Position numbers and translations under genes: made by a program
Shown: piece after piece, positions 12,453 through 24,400 of the stretch
Layout: each line of letters opens with the position of its first letter
How positions within the stretch are numbered: the first letter of the stretch is position 1
Notes under the pieces: generated by a model
Database searches by the model: none
The model's input: only the letters and a program-made list of their open reading frames with translations
Told to the model about the DNA's origin: nothing
Source of the DNA: Psammoneis japonica
Lineage: Eukaryota
NCBI GenBank assembly: GCA_008632985.1
Contig: QPGO01000337.1
Coordinates: 1 to 52,558, forward strand
Direction of reading: 5' to 3'
DNA length: 52,558 nt

Positions 12453-12893
12453 ACCCCCCCCCCCCCCCCCCTCTTTCTACCGTACAAAGACACAAAACAG
12501 AAATACAGTCGTTTGATGAAAGGCCCAGAGCATTGTTGACATGGTATTGCCCCTCACAACATGTTTCCAAAGTCTCAAACGGTTCTTTTATTAGTCCCTG
12601 CCTGCATCTATCGTGCATAAAAAGATATTTTGGGTTGCTTTTATTCAGGGCCCTAGGCGCCCAATCTTCCATCTTGGTCCCAATTCGAGAGATCGATCTA
12701 GGCCTACACTCTAGTCCCAGTTATACGAGTACTGTAGATCCTCTCTTCATTCCGAACAATAATCCGTAGCTGTGATAAAAAGCACCTTCTTTTGTAACCA
12801 CAAACGAAATATCAATTAACTTTGGCGACTATTTTATGCACATAACATATAATGCCAGGTCACCCCCCTACAAGCCCAAATCCCCGTTTTTGT

Positions 12894-15800
12894 TCATGTG
12901 TTGTTTTTTGACATGGCTATTGCGATATCCAAAGCTTCGGTGGAAGTCACATCTGAGACATCTCGAGGAACCGGCGAATAATCTGAGTCCGAACCGTCAT
13001 CGCCACCCTCGTCTTGCTGCTGCCCATCCAATGCAGCCGCACTTGAAAACTGTGGAGGTTGATCTTCCCATTCTTCCAAGTCTTTTGCGTAGCCTGAATA
13101 CATGATATCTTGAGGATCCTGTTGCTGTGCATCCATATCTTCCAAGGATTCGACATGACTGGTGTAAGGTGCATCGTCCTCCACATACTCAATACTCTCG
13201 TGAAGTTCTTGTTGTTCCTTTTCATAACGTTGTCGTTCTGCGAGATTCTTTTTATGCAGGTGAAAAAGCCCAAAGCCAGCAAGAATAACAACGGCTAGGC
13301 CGGCAAACGTGGCAGACAAAATGACTGCAAGGTTCCTTGAGTTGTCATCCGAGTCATTGTTGTCTGTTTCAGTTGTATTCTCCAGAGTATTAACACCCAA
13401 GATCCTCATTGGAGAATTGGGATTGATTACCCACAGATTTCGTTGCAAATCTCCATTTCGAATAGCCATGTCCATTCTGTTGGTGTACAAAACTCTAGAC
13501 AGGTCGGCGTCTTCACCTTGGTCCAACTCGAATATAAAAGACGCCGAAGCCGATTGACAAAGAAATGATTCTTCTTGCCCGTCTGGGCACTCCTTGTCGC
13601 GAATACCATTGAGTCTCCCACTCTCTTGGATGTAGCTGACCAATCGGCGTTTCACAAGGCGACGGCGTCGACCATCAGCTGTCACAACCTGTTCGGCTGT
13701 TATGTCGTAGGCTTGCTCCAACTGGTTCCAATTCAAACTACCCACGGACAAATCCGCAGCTCGTAATCCAACACTGTTGCCAATGTCAAACTCTGAGGCC
13801 ACCCGGACTTGGTTGGAGGGCAACACGATTGTTGTTGGCATTGGACTAGGCGAGGTGTTTGGAGGGAGCGTAGGAGGTCCAGTGACATTTTCGACAGAGT
13901 AAACCTGTGCCTTGGATTGCTCACAAACAAACTCCAGATTAGCCAATTGCTCCTCGGTGACATTTCGGTGTTGCTGCGGATAGTAGGATCCATATATGTC
14001 AATCTCATCTATGCCGTTGTTTGATGCTGTGGCAAAAAAGGCGTAATTGACACGCAACAGCAGATCCAAGCTTGCAAACTCTACGTCTTTGTAAAAACCG
14101 GTCCACAAGTAAAGAAAGTCAGCATAGTCCTCTCTGCTAAGGAACAAATCGCGGTTACTGTCCGCCAGGGCCAGTGCATACAAGCATTCCAGCCGCTCCT
14201 CCGTTATGGTAATATTTGGTTCTGGAGTAATGGTGGTGCCATTTGTGATGCTAGTCTCGGCCACTTGTTGAGTTTGACTGCAGAATTCAAACAAGTCCTC
14301 CAGCATCATGCCTTGAGGACCGGTCAGTGGATAATAGTTTGCTCCCGAAACGGGCACTTCACCCGATGCAAACGCTTCAAAATTGTCTTTGACTTCGTCG
14401 GGTAAGTCGCCATACTCTTCAATTTTGGAGCTGTCGAGTAGAAAGTTAATATACTTGACGTATTCGTCCTTGTCCAAGCTACCATTGGAATTGGCGTCGG
14501 CCAATGCAAGCCCAAATAAGCACTGCAACTCGACAACCGTATACGTTGCAACGTTGGTCACGGGCGTTGGAGATGAAGTAGGAAACTCCCCAGGCTCCGG
14601 TAACGCCGCCCTTGTTACAAAGCATAAAGATTCCAAGTCTCGAAATTGGTCGAGCGTTGCGTTTTGTCGCGGATAGTAGGAACCAAAAATGTTGATGGCT
14701 CTCGCAAACATGTTTCGTTCCATGGAGAACTTGGTAAACACGGCCTTCAACACGGCCGACAGATTTCCAAAATTTAAATCTTTGGTACGAGACAAGAAGC
14801 CGACAAATGCGGCGAATTCTTGGGAATCCATCCACGAATCCCCATTGTCATCTGCAAACGCCATGCTAAACAAACACTCCAACGTTTCCACCGTGGCTTT
14901 GTATCCAGAGCTTGGTACAGTCGGTTGATTACCCGTCAAGGTAAAGACAGCGTCGGTGGTTTCACTGCAGAAATCCAGCAACAAGGATATCTCTGACTGG
15001 GAGGCGTCATTTGGAAACCTTGCGCTCTGCACGCTTAGTCCATTGTTCGAGTTGTACACAGTCTGGAGAGATACTGGTAGATTTCCAAATGATTCCTCAT
15101 CGATTTCATTATTGGAAATGACACGAACATAATCAAGAAATTCCTGCCGGCTCAACCGTAGATTGAAATCTTCATCTGAAAAGAAGAGTGCAAAGAGGCA
15201 TTCCAGTTGATTCAAAGGAAAGACTGAATAGTTCTGTTGACGAGAAGGTGTAGGGGGTGGAGTGCGGGACGGCGGAGTTGCGGAGGGTGGAATGGGGGAC
15301 GGCCGAGTGGGAGACGGCCGATTGGGGAACGGCGGAGTGGAGGAGGGAGGGGTTGGGGACGGCGGAGTGGAGGAGGGAGCAGTGGGTGACGGTGGAGTGG
15401 GTGACGGTGGAGTGGGAGACGGCGGAGTTGCGGAGGGAGGAGTGAAGGATGGCGGAGTTGCGGAGGGTGGAGTGGGGGACGGCGGAGTTGCGGATGGAGG
15501 AGTGAAGGACGGCGGAGTTGCGGAGGGTGGAGTGGAGGACGGCGGATTTGTGGAGGGTGGAGTGGGGGACGGCGGAGTTGCGGAGGGAGGAGTGGAGGAC
15601 GGCGGAGTTGCGGAGGGTGGAGTGGAGGACGGCGGAGTTGCGGAGGGAGGAGTGAAGGACGGCGGAGTTGCGGAGGGTGGAGTGGAGGACGGCGGAGTTG
15701 CGGAGGGTGGAGTGAAGGACGGTGGAGTTGCGGAGGGTGGAGTGGAGGACGGCGGAGTTGCGGAGGATGGGGTGGAGGAGGAAGTGGCATCTTCAATAGC

Positions 15801-16181
15801 CGCAAGGGTGTCTTCACAAGTCGACACTAAATGAGCTTCGTTGACGTCGTCTCTTGTAATGTTCCAGGCAAACTTGGTTTCATCTGGTGTCCTGTCGAGA
15901 AGAAAGGTCATCACAAAATTGCCTCGCAAGACAACAGGGAGATCGTCCCATGTCCTTGCTTTAGGAAAGGCCTTGTTGGACAGCTGCTGAACAAAACCAA
16001 GGTATTCGGTGCGATCCAAAAACAGATCGCCATTACCATCGTTGGCCAACATGGCCTCGTAACACACATCGGTTGTCGTTTTGAGAGCGCGAGTATCGAT
16101 ACCGGTGAATTCAGATAGCCCATTGCAACAAGCAATTGCATTTGCCGCCAATGCTAGAAACGTTGTTGCATAGCACCTCAT
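12894..16181 (-). CDS. Secreted type I membrane protein with five EF-hand-like modules and a Pro/Ser/Thr-rich repeat, ~1095 aa
   Basis: Single long ORF; signal peptide [21 protein letters not shown]; five modules of the form C..A...D.N.D..L...E; (S-x-T-P-P)n tract; hydrophobic helix [23 protein letters not shown] then an acidic tail. Confidence 0.85.
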   Translation of the reverse strand: MRCYATTFLALAANAIACCNGLSEFTGIDTRALKTTTDVCYEAMLANDGNGDLFLDRTEYLGFVQQLSNKAFPKARTWDDLPVVLRGNFVMTFLLDRTPDETKFAWNITRDDVNEAHLVSTCEDTLAAIEDATSSSTPSSATPPSSTPPSATPPSFTPPSATPPSSTPPSATPPSFTPPSATPPSSTPPSATPPSSTPPSATPPSPTPPSTNPPSSTPPSATPPSFTPPSATPPSPTPPSATPPSFTPPSATPPSPTPPSPTPPSPTAPSSTPPSPTPPSSTPPFPNRPSPTRPSPIPPSATPPSRTPPPTPSRQQNYSVFPLNQLECLFALFFSDEDFNLRLSRQEFLDYVRVISNNEIDEESFGNLPVSLQTVYNSNNGLSVQSARFPNDASQSEISLLLDFCSETTDAVFTLTGNQPTVPSSGYKATVETLECLFSMAFADDNGDSWMDSQEFAAFVGFLSRTKDLNFGNLSAVLKAVFTKFSMERNMFARAINIFGSYYPRQNATLDQFRDLESLCFVTRAALPEPGEFPTSSPTPVTNVATYTVVELQCLFGLALADANSNGSLDKDEYVKYINFLLDSSKIEEYGDLPDEVKDNFEAFASGEVPVSGANYYPLTGPQGMMLEDLFEFCSQTQQVAETSITNGTTITPEPNITITEERLECLYALALADSNRDLFLSREDYADFLYLWTGFYKDVEFASLDLLLRVNYAFFATASNNGIDEIDIYGSYYPQQHRNVTEEQLANLEFVCEQSKAQVYSVENVTGPPTLPPNTSPSPMPTTIVLPSNQVRVASEFDIGNSVGLRAADLSVGSLNWNQLEQAYDITAEQVVTADGRRRRLVKRRLVSYIQESGRLNGIRDKECPDGQEESFLCQSASASFIFELDQGEDADLSRVLYTNRMDMAIRNGDLQRNLWVINPNSPMRILGVNTLENTTETDNNDSDDNSRNLAVILSATFAGLAVVILAGFGLFHLHKKNLAERQRYEKEQQELHESIEYVEDDAPYTSHVESLEDMDAQQQDPQDIMYSGYAKDLEEWEDQPPQFSSAAALDGQQQDEGGDDGSDSDYSPVPRDVSDVTSTEALDIAIAMSKNNT
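15250..15780 (-). repeat. Coding 15-bp minisatellite encoding (S-[A/S/F/P]-T-P-P)n
   Basis: Alternating ggcggagttgcggag / ggtggagtggaggac units. Confidence 0.95.
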
Positions 16182-16559
16182 AGTGAGGCTCGAATCTTTG
16201 CTGTTGACCAAATCAAAACGATTTTGTGTAGGTCTGATTTTGCGGGAATTGGAAACGCAAGTTCTGTGCATCAGAATGATGGTCGTCCGAAATTTTCGTT
16301 TCGACAGGACCAAGAGATCCATGGATGATGGACAAAATTGGGACAACAGAACATATTTGAAAATAGCATGAACTTTGAAATCGTGTGAACGTACAGTACA
16401 TGTTTCACAACGGAGACTTTTTCAATGTTTATAATTCATGCATGAAAATATTTATAAAACCTAAGTATTGATTTTTGTGTATTCATAGTTCTCTTGTAGT
16501 TTTTTCCGTTCTGCTGTCGTTCCCCTCCGGCTCACTGCTTGTGTTACTCCCGGGCGATC

Positions 16560-17830
16560 GCTGCAGCAGGGCCCTCTCTATCTCTGTCTGCTCTGCTCTT
16601 AAAGTGCCATGTCCTGGCAGCCAGTGGCCAGCAGCTCTGTGAATCAATCATGAAAATCACACGCGACTCTTTTTACAGCCACTGCCTGGTGGCCATCCAC
16701 GCTGATGAGGGTGGAGGGGTGCATCGTTGCCACCACTTGGCTGAAAACAGCGGGTGTCCAGGCAGAAACCAAGCTCTCTCCACATCAGTGCCACCTGCAG
16801 TTTCTCACACTCACAAAGTGGCATTTCCATCTTGGAATTTTGAGTGTCACTGGTGGGTCATTGAAAAACAAAAAAACCAGCGCAGGCGCACACCCAGAGC
16901 TCTCTCGCATTTGAAAAAATGCAGAGGTGCAGCCAACAAAGGCTGGCGTCTTGGCTTGTGTCAGAGTGCAGGGCATGCTGTGCTGGTTTCTTTGCATCAC
17001 AAACTTTGTTGTTGCTCTGGCACTTGCCTTTGCAATGATTGCAACAGGCATGCCTGCCGCAGCCACCGATGATGCTGCACTTTTCCCGCGTCTGTCAGCT
17101 GCCCACAGCTGGCAGCTGACTGCACAGATGCGCACACTGCAAAATGTTATTCCTCGCACAAGACCTGCAACAGGCTGCAGGAGCACCATGTGACCAAGTT
17201 GTGTGGTGCAACTGGCCATTGTGCAAGTGACTTGCATTGTGCAAAGAGTCTGTGCAGGAGACGCGTTCCAGACGTAGGTGGGAATCCGTGTGACATTGGG
17301 CCCGTAGACTTCTACGTGCGAGCTCCGTAGTAAAATTATACGGTAATTAAAATGTCAATGATCGCCAACAGAAAATGAGGCAATTTTGCGAACGCACAAA
17401 CTCGCACATGATTGAAGTACATCATTTTTTACTTAGACAGTTACATTCTTCAGACATTGAAGAATGTAACTGGCGCATTATTGTTTCTATAAATTTGTTA
17501 TATAAAACGTCTGGGGCTTCGCAAAACAGCGAGTCTGGACAATTTTTTTTTAATATCACACGTAGAAATCTACGTACGAAACATACGACGGATGATAAAA
17601 ATCATTGTTGTCACACGTCAGCACTACGAGCTCCCACCTAGGGCTGGAACGCGTCAGGAGATCTGTGAGGTGCAGCGCCGAGCACGGTTGATTCTGAGCA
17701 TGCAGGAGCTGCAAAACTCCATGTGACATGGTGCAGTTTGAAGTTTCTGGCTGCTCTGCTTCTTGATCACAAAATGAAGGACCTGATGCAATGCAAGGAA
17801 ACCTGCCAAAAATGACAGAACAACAATTTG
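16560..17830. repeat. Partial third copy of the repeat found at 28740-30990 and 49480-51720, interrupted by a MITE
   Basis: gtcctggcagccagtg.ccagcagctct.tgaatcaa.catgaaaatcaca and gcagtttgaagtttc...tgatgcaatgcaaggaaacctgc shared by all three loci. Confidence 0.85.
17260..17655. mobile_element. 396-bp non-autonomous TIR element (MITE) with 4-bp TSD AGGA; essentially unmutated
   Basis: Left end gacgcgttccagacgtaggtggga; right end tcccacctagggctggaacgcgtc; agga at 17256-17259 and 17656-17659. Confidence 0.9.
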
Positions 17831-18545
17831 CAGGATGATTTGCCTCTTTCACAATCTTTTTTGCAGAAGACTTTGCATCTTGAAGAAGAGTGCTGCTGAC
17901 TGCAACAACATGGCCAGCATGCTGAGCCCTCAACAAGGATGAATCATTTGAATCTGACAGCTTCATTGCTCCTCTGGTTGTGCTTCATGGTGTGTTGAAT
18001 TGTCAACATTTTTTCAAACAGTCATTTCAACCTTGTGATGTCAACACAGCGAGAGAACAAGCAACAAAAACAACCACATTTGTTGCCATGACAGCATTGC
18101 AAATGGCCCAAACAGTGGCCCGGCTCTCCAAATTTTCAAAGCTGGCTGTGAACTTACAAGCAGATCAATCAGAGGCACCCAAGCAGCAGTGATCCATTTT
18201 TTTCTGCTGCTCTCTGTGGGGCAGAACTCTCTCCACTGGTGGGGCCCTGCTGCTGCCAGGAGTGGAGAGGCTTTCCACACACACTCCACTGGCTGGAAAG
18301 CAGAGAACAGCAGCAGAAAGCATCGCACACCATTGACGGACCCTCAATCTGAATGGCAAAGCACATTTTTTTTTGCACAATGATGTCACAGGTGGAACTT
18401 CCGGAGACAAAATTGGGCCAGTGCATTTGAAATCGCCAAAAATCAATGACAAAATTGCATGTGCACATGACTCAAAATTTTGAAATCCTGTGAAATGCAC
18501 ATGTTGCACAATGGAGATTTTTTGAATGTTCATCAAATGCCTGTA

Positions 18546-19837
18546 CAGTCATTTTCATCATCCGCGGAAAAATCGCGCGACACCCCCCAAAAATGCAGTG
18601 CCCAAAGCACAACTTTTGACCACACGTTCGCGCAGAACTCGCCAAGTCGAAAAACCATGAAAACACGTAGGTTTCCATGCAAATCCAGCACAAAACGAAT
18701 GGCAAAGCTCCACCTCTTCCTCTTCACACACCGGGAAAAATGCCTGCACATTTGATCACAAGGTCACTGCTGCGTTCTTCTTTTCGTCATTCAACTGAAC
18801 TGTTGTTGCCATGACATCGCAGACCTCCTTGTCATCTGCCGGCACTGAGATTGAGCAGCCGGAAATAATTGAATTTGCAATGGCTGCAGTTCAATGTCCT
18901 CAAGGGGAGGCAATGCCGAGAAAGAAGAATCACCGGGGTTCAACTGTCAGTGTGGCACTGCCGTCACCAGATGAGCGCGACATGATGCCAGTTCGTCTTG
19001 GGGGTGGAAGAGTGGACTCTTGTGAAACAGAAACCGCCAAAAGCTAGATCAGAAAAGAAAAAACAGTTCAGTCAACACGACCACATTGTGGACCGGCCGA
19101 CCAGCAGCAACGGTCACACCAGCTCCTCTCGTCGACCTCGGAGGCTCAATTTATCCTCATCACATTTTCTTCTCAAAAGTGAAATTGAGAGATTGCTGGA
19201 GCTTGAAGAATTTGAGTTTTGTGACAGAGAGAAGAAGAAGCAAATTTGCTGTCGGGAAAAGGCACTCGATAAATTCGACATACGAGAAACGAATCCTGAC
19301 AAGGATCCATTGATGTTTCTCCCTCCCAAGCCGGCACGAGATTGGAGCATTGGCGCCGGCATGCCGCTTGATGGATTCAAGGTTGTTTTGAAGCAGAGGC
19401 CCCCAGAACCAGCTCATCCAGCGTCCCTGCTTTCATCAGACGATGAATTGTCTGTGGATGATGCATCCTGCTGCTTCAACTTGAGGAACAAGCTCCGAGA
19501 AGACAAGGACTGCGACGATCAAGGCAAGAACGACTTCCAGCAATGTCTTTTCGGTTTGCCACAGCTTTTCTTCCAACGTTGCAATGTGGAACAACATGTG
19601 ACGCAACACTGCCATACAACGCGAAACGGTTTGCTGCGTTTGGTTGTAAAGGTTGCAATGAGATGGACCTGCCGCTTGACAAAGGAAAAATGTGCTGGAC
19701 TCACGTAGAATCCTACGTGTTTTTGTCGTTTTTCGACTTGGTGATTTTCGCGGGAGGCTGGCGCAAAAGTTGTGCATTGGGCAACTCTATTTTTGGGGGG
19801 TGTCGCGCGATTTTTCCGCGGATGATGAAAATGACTG
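18546..19837. mobile_element. Tc1/mariner-like non-autonomous element, ~145-bp imperfect TIRs, TA TSD
   Basis: TA|cagtcattttcatcatccgcggaaaaatcgcgcgacacccccc ... ggggggtgtcgcgcgatttttccgcggatgatgaaaatgactg|TA. CAGT termini with TA TSD are typical of Tc1/mariner. No DDE domain recognised in internal ORFs 18811-19708. Confidence 0.85.
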
Positions 19838-20173
19838 TAAATGACAAAGGACAAAGAGTGTTGATTGGTGCACAGCTCTCTTGCATGTTTTGGACTTGAG
19901 TGCAACCTTTTGACAAACAAAAGTTGTGAAACCTTGCCAGTGCAGGAATGGCACTGTGATCTGTGGCAGCACTTGCTTTGCACTTTTGAAGCACAGGAAA
20001 ATTGGCGCACATTGCATTGCCTTTGTCAACAGTGCTGCCAGCAGGAATGTCATCACAGTGCACCATGAGTGGTGATGATGGCAATTGCAACCCATCCAAA
20101 GTCACAACATGCTGTTTGACCAGATGACATGCTTTCTGCTGTCCTGCGCATGATTTAAATTCAACTCTCTGCA

Positions 20174-22886
20174 GACGCGTTCCAGCCCTGGGTGGGACTC
20201 CATGTGACATTGGGCCCGTGGAATTCTGCATGCAAGCTCCGCAGTACGAGAATTCAATTGATGGACACATTTGTCTTCAACATCAAATAAATGGCCAAGT
20301 TTGTGGTGCAATTGTGCCTCTTGCCACTTGACGTTTTTGCAAGTGCGCCTGCCCTGCGCGATTCTTAAGGTGGTGCAGGCACAAAAGTGGGCCAGATTCT
20401 GCGCACGCAGAGCCCAGCATGTTTTCCACACAAATCGCCAAAGTCGGCTCGCCAACTTGAACCCTCTCCAGGATGATGGAAACTTGGACATTTCATTTAA
20501 CAAAGTGTTTGGACCACTTGGTTGCACTTCCCTCGACTTGTTTGTGAAGAGAAGTTACAAGTTTCCATGGGTTTCTCGTTTTGCACTGCTCTTTAAAACT
20601 CGAACGTCGCGATTTCGGCACCTTTCTGATTAGATTCGTCACACATCCTCAGAAACCTGTGAAAACTTGTGACTTCTCTCCCCAAACAAGTCGAGGAGAG
20701 TGTAACCAAGCAGTCGAAACACTTTGTCATGTGAAATGTCCAAGTTTCCATCGTCCTGGAGAGGGTTCAAGTTGGCGAGCCGACTTTGGCGATTTGTGTA
20801 GAAAACATGCTAAGCTCTACGTGCGTAGAATCTGGCCCACTTTTGTGCCTGCACCACCTTAAGACATTGTAGAATCGCGCTGTAACAAAAAATGTAAAAA
20901 GTTGTTGGACGGATCGCTCAACAAGTGTGCCGCAAAATGACACAAAATGTCGAAAAAATCACGTAGAAATCTACGTGCGCGACATGCGACGTGATTCAAA
21001 AAACCATCGATGTCACAGTTCAGCAGGACTCCCAATGCTCGAGTGTGTGTGGGCCCAAGTTATTCTAAAAACCGTCAACGGCCGTCACCATGTAATTTGG
21101 TGGCATTTTGGCACTCTACACATGAGGCATTTATGCAGAAATTACGCGCGCACAATTGACAGGGGAAGCGAGCGTGGAGAAGAGACGACGCGAGCGAAGC
21201 ACGAGCGAAGAGACCGACAATGATGCAAGAGCCGCAGAGAGACGCAAAGACAGCAATCCAACGATGTTGCAAGAGGGCACAAAAGAGAGAAAAGATCTGT
21301 TTGAGTCAGTGCCATGTCTCAAACAAAAAGAACAAAGCAAGACAACATTGGCATGCACAAAAACTTGCACAGAGAAGCACGGCACCAGTGCCTGAAAAAT
21401 GGCCACATCTGCGGTGACATGGAACAACACAAGGAGGTGAGAACATGCTTTTCTACAAATGCAAAGCAACAACGAGCAAACGACCAATGTAAACTCACCA
21501 GCAGGGTCAAAACTTGGGGTGCCTGGATCGTCAACGGCGGGCAGGGAGGACAGATGGAAGAGAGGCAGTCTGGTGGTTCCACGGAGCAGGACGACAAAAG
21601 CAGGCGGCAAGTCGGCATGAGCAATGGCAGAAAGTCGGCGCTTGGGATCGAGTGACTGGCGCGGTCCACACAAATCATGGCAGCAGCTTGGAGAATGGAG
21701 GCAGTGCCATGGTGGTGCGGCACAGACCGGGGAGAGAAGAAGTGCCGCGGCGGAATGGCATGGAACGGTGACGGAGCCAAAAATGGTGACGGCGACGGCG
21801 TAGACCCGTGGACTTAGACATCCCCACACTCGAGTCCTGCACATCAAGGTGCGGGACAAGGAGGTTCAAGGTGAGCGCCACTGCGAACGAGAACGGGGAA
21901 AAAGACGCATGATTCCACGAGAATCAGAACTCGCCACATTTTGAGTCATTCTGACCCATTCCAGAGCCAGGACTCCCTCACATGGCACGAACCAATGGAT
22001 CACAACACTGTCAAGCAGGGCAGGGGTCGGGAGGCGGTGTTGCACCGGTCAAATCGGCCAAAAGCGCCATTGTCGGAGGGAGCGGTGGTTGTCGATCGGC
22101 CGCTCGGAAAAATTGTGAGCCATCAACTCGACCGCGCACCGTTCGGAGTCGCACAGAATTTCTCGGTGCAAAATGCACACAAGTGCACGTCAGCATAAAA
22201 ATCCTGTAGAAGGGGTGCAAGTAGAACCTTCACTGTCTCTCTGCATGCTGCGAGGATTCTGCCGTTAAACCACACCAGCATGTGCAATTCTACGTGGTGG
22301 ATTTGAATCAATCCCACCAACGTTTTTGAATTTCGATCGTAATGATGGTTTTGGGTGCTGAGATGAACACAATGTGTGAGTTTGAATTGAATGTCATGTT
22401 TGGCGTCAACAATTTTGAATGATTGCACGACTGCCAGTCGGCACCAAAAACCATCACCAATGAGCAAACCTGCAGTGCAAAAGCACTCTTTGCAACACTT
22501 TGGCACTTCAGTCTTGCACATGAAAGCGCTCCCCAAGTGGTTGACGGTCGAACCACATGTGTGAAATCCTCACAGCGGGAGACCCTATGTGCGCTCCCGT
22601 GTGCACTCAACGCGCCTCGGTTACGACCTTCTCGTTGGGTTGCACAATGGCGAGAATGACCCACAGCTTGTCGTGTGGCCTTCTCGTTGGGCTAAAGCCC
22701 TCCTCGTCGTCCACCCTCCTCGCTGGGGTCGTTCTCGCCATTGTGCAACCCAATGAGAAGGTCTCCACCTCGTTGCTTGGACCCTTCTCGTCGGGTTTGG
22801 CGGGGCCGAACCCTCCTCGTCGGGCTCCATAAGTGCACAGGGCGCACACCTGCAGTGCAAGGTCCCACCTAGACCTGGAACACGTC
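20174..22886. mobile_element. 2.7-kb TIR element of the same family as 17260-17655, 4-bp TSD TGCA, with a nested insertion
   Basis: tgca|gacgcgttccagccctgggtggga ... tcccacctagacctggaacacgtc|tgca; the first ~75 nt and 20960-21025 align with the MITE at 17260; subterminal ccttctcgt(t/c)ggg repeats at ~22627-22795. Confidence 0.85.
20369..20858. mobile_element. 490-bp MITE with 127-bp TIRs and TTAA TSD (Kolobok-like GG termini)
   Basis: ttaa|ggtggtgcaggcacaaaagtgggccagattct ... agaatctggcccacttttgtgcctgcaccacc|ttaa; arms 20369-20495 and 20732-20858 differ at 6 positions. Superfamily inferred from TSD and termini only. Confidence 0.9.
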
Positions 22887-23439
22887 TGCAACAAAAATGG
22901 GCCAAACTCTGAAATTTGGGGAAGCAAAAAGCACTGCTCAAGGGCATGATGCTGTCATTGAGATCATTGGTTGATGCCATGAAAGGCCCCACTTTGGTGG
23001 AGACTGCTTGGGAGCATGCAATGGGTGACTGTGTGACCACCCTTCTTGTGGTGCAATGGCTTGTGGATTGTCCAATTCCTTGATTTTGAAAGGGCAATGC
23101 TGTGGAGCCTTCTGCCAACCTGCAACAATGCTCCATGACAATGTTGTGGCTTGGGTGCTTTGGAAAAATAAAAAAACTTAAGTGCCACTTTCCCCAGTCT
23201 GAGGAGTTGGGAAGAGAGCTGTCTCTTGGTGTGCAGACATGTCATGCAATTTTTTGAAGGACAAGTTCAATTGCCAGCTGTTTCACAGGGCAGAAAAGCA
23301 CAGTGATGAACTCAACTGGTCTCTGGTCAAGTTGAGCTGATGCAGTGTCATCTTGGGAGCTTGTGACCCAGCAATGAACCACTGGCTTGCAGAGAGAGAC
23401 CCAGAGATGATGTGCAGGAACATGTGCATGGCAGCAAAA

Positions 23440-24400
23440 TCAGCTGGCAAGCTGTCTTGTCTCATGAGCAAGAGGCAACTCCGGTTGACTCTTTTGCACT
23501 GTGCAGTGGCCAGGGTGGTGAGGTGAAGTTCCAACAATGGCGCAGCAAGTTGTTTTGGATCCCTGGTCTTGAATTTGTTGATGTGACCTGCCAGGAGCTC
23601 AAGTCCACCAAGCAATGTGCAGCACACAAGTCGCGGACCATGATTGCTGTGTGTTTGTGATTTTCATCATGCACTTGGCAGCTTCGTGGCTGTTGAGAAG
23701 AATGGACTCTTTCACAGCACCAGCAACAAGAACACTGAACAGTTTGTGTTTCCTGACCTTCACAGTGCGAAAGATGGGTGTCCGTGGCAAGGCTGATGAC
23801 AGACACACACCAGCAAAAGTTCCACTCTGTCTGTCAAGTCAATTTGCAAGGGTCACTTGCACTCCAGAGCTTGAAGCTTGCCCTGCACAAGGACTTTGGA
23901 CCATGCAAGTCTCGTGGCCATGCAGAACAGGATGTGACATTGGCACCTCTTAAGACAGTTGCTTTGATTGGTTGTCAGTGGTGTGCAGCTTGCCTGGTGG
24001 GTGAGTGCCAGTGGGGTGGACAGAAGCATGCTGATCTGGGTGTGCATCCTCCTCAACTCAAGTGTCTCCGGAGTTGGTGCAAGAATGCTGAGCAGCTTGA
24101 AAAGTTTGTGGGTTCACTCTGCATCATTTCACTCATTGACTTTCTTTGTGAAGGCCATCTGCGCCCCATTCTTTGGACTGCTGCCACATCTTTGACAATG
24201 CATCACCCAAAAATGATGGCTGAATGTGGCAACCACAATGTTGTTGTCAACAAGCTGCACCTGGTGGTGAACAAAATTGGCCTCAGCAATGTGGAGTTCC
24301 CAGAGGACTGTCCTGTTGCAGTGCTGTTGCGCTGGTCTGAGCAAGCCCATGTGTTGACTTCTGCCATCACAATGTTGAGATTGCTCCAGCAACATCGGCC
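23440..24400 (+). pseudogene. Probable decayed tyrosine recombinase (Crypton-like)
   Basis: Across frames: GQGGEVKF at 23508 (GRGGE with CGG->CAG), FHHALGSF.AVE..GL, FVFPDLH, RTGCDIGTS*DSCFD..SLPGG*V..GW (23924-24015). Recognised by motif resemblance only. Confidence 0.45.

Noticed and set aside
15212..15834. Gly-rich (15262-15834 +) and Pro/Arg-rich (15212-15817 -) ORFs
   Set aside because: Alternative-frame shadows of the coding minisatellite.
16182..16346. Upstream extension of the 1150-aa ORF (likewise 8145 for SET)
   Set aside because: These extensions begin at non-ATG codons; downstream ATGs give clean signal peptides.
21022..21840. Possible nested TIR element (gcaggactc..gagtgtg / cacactcgagtcctgc)
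   Set aside because: Inverted match is short and interrupted, and no TSD was found.
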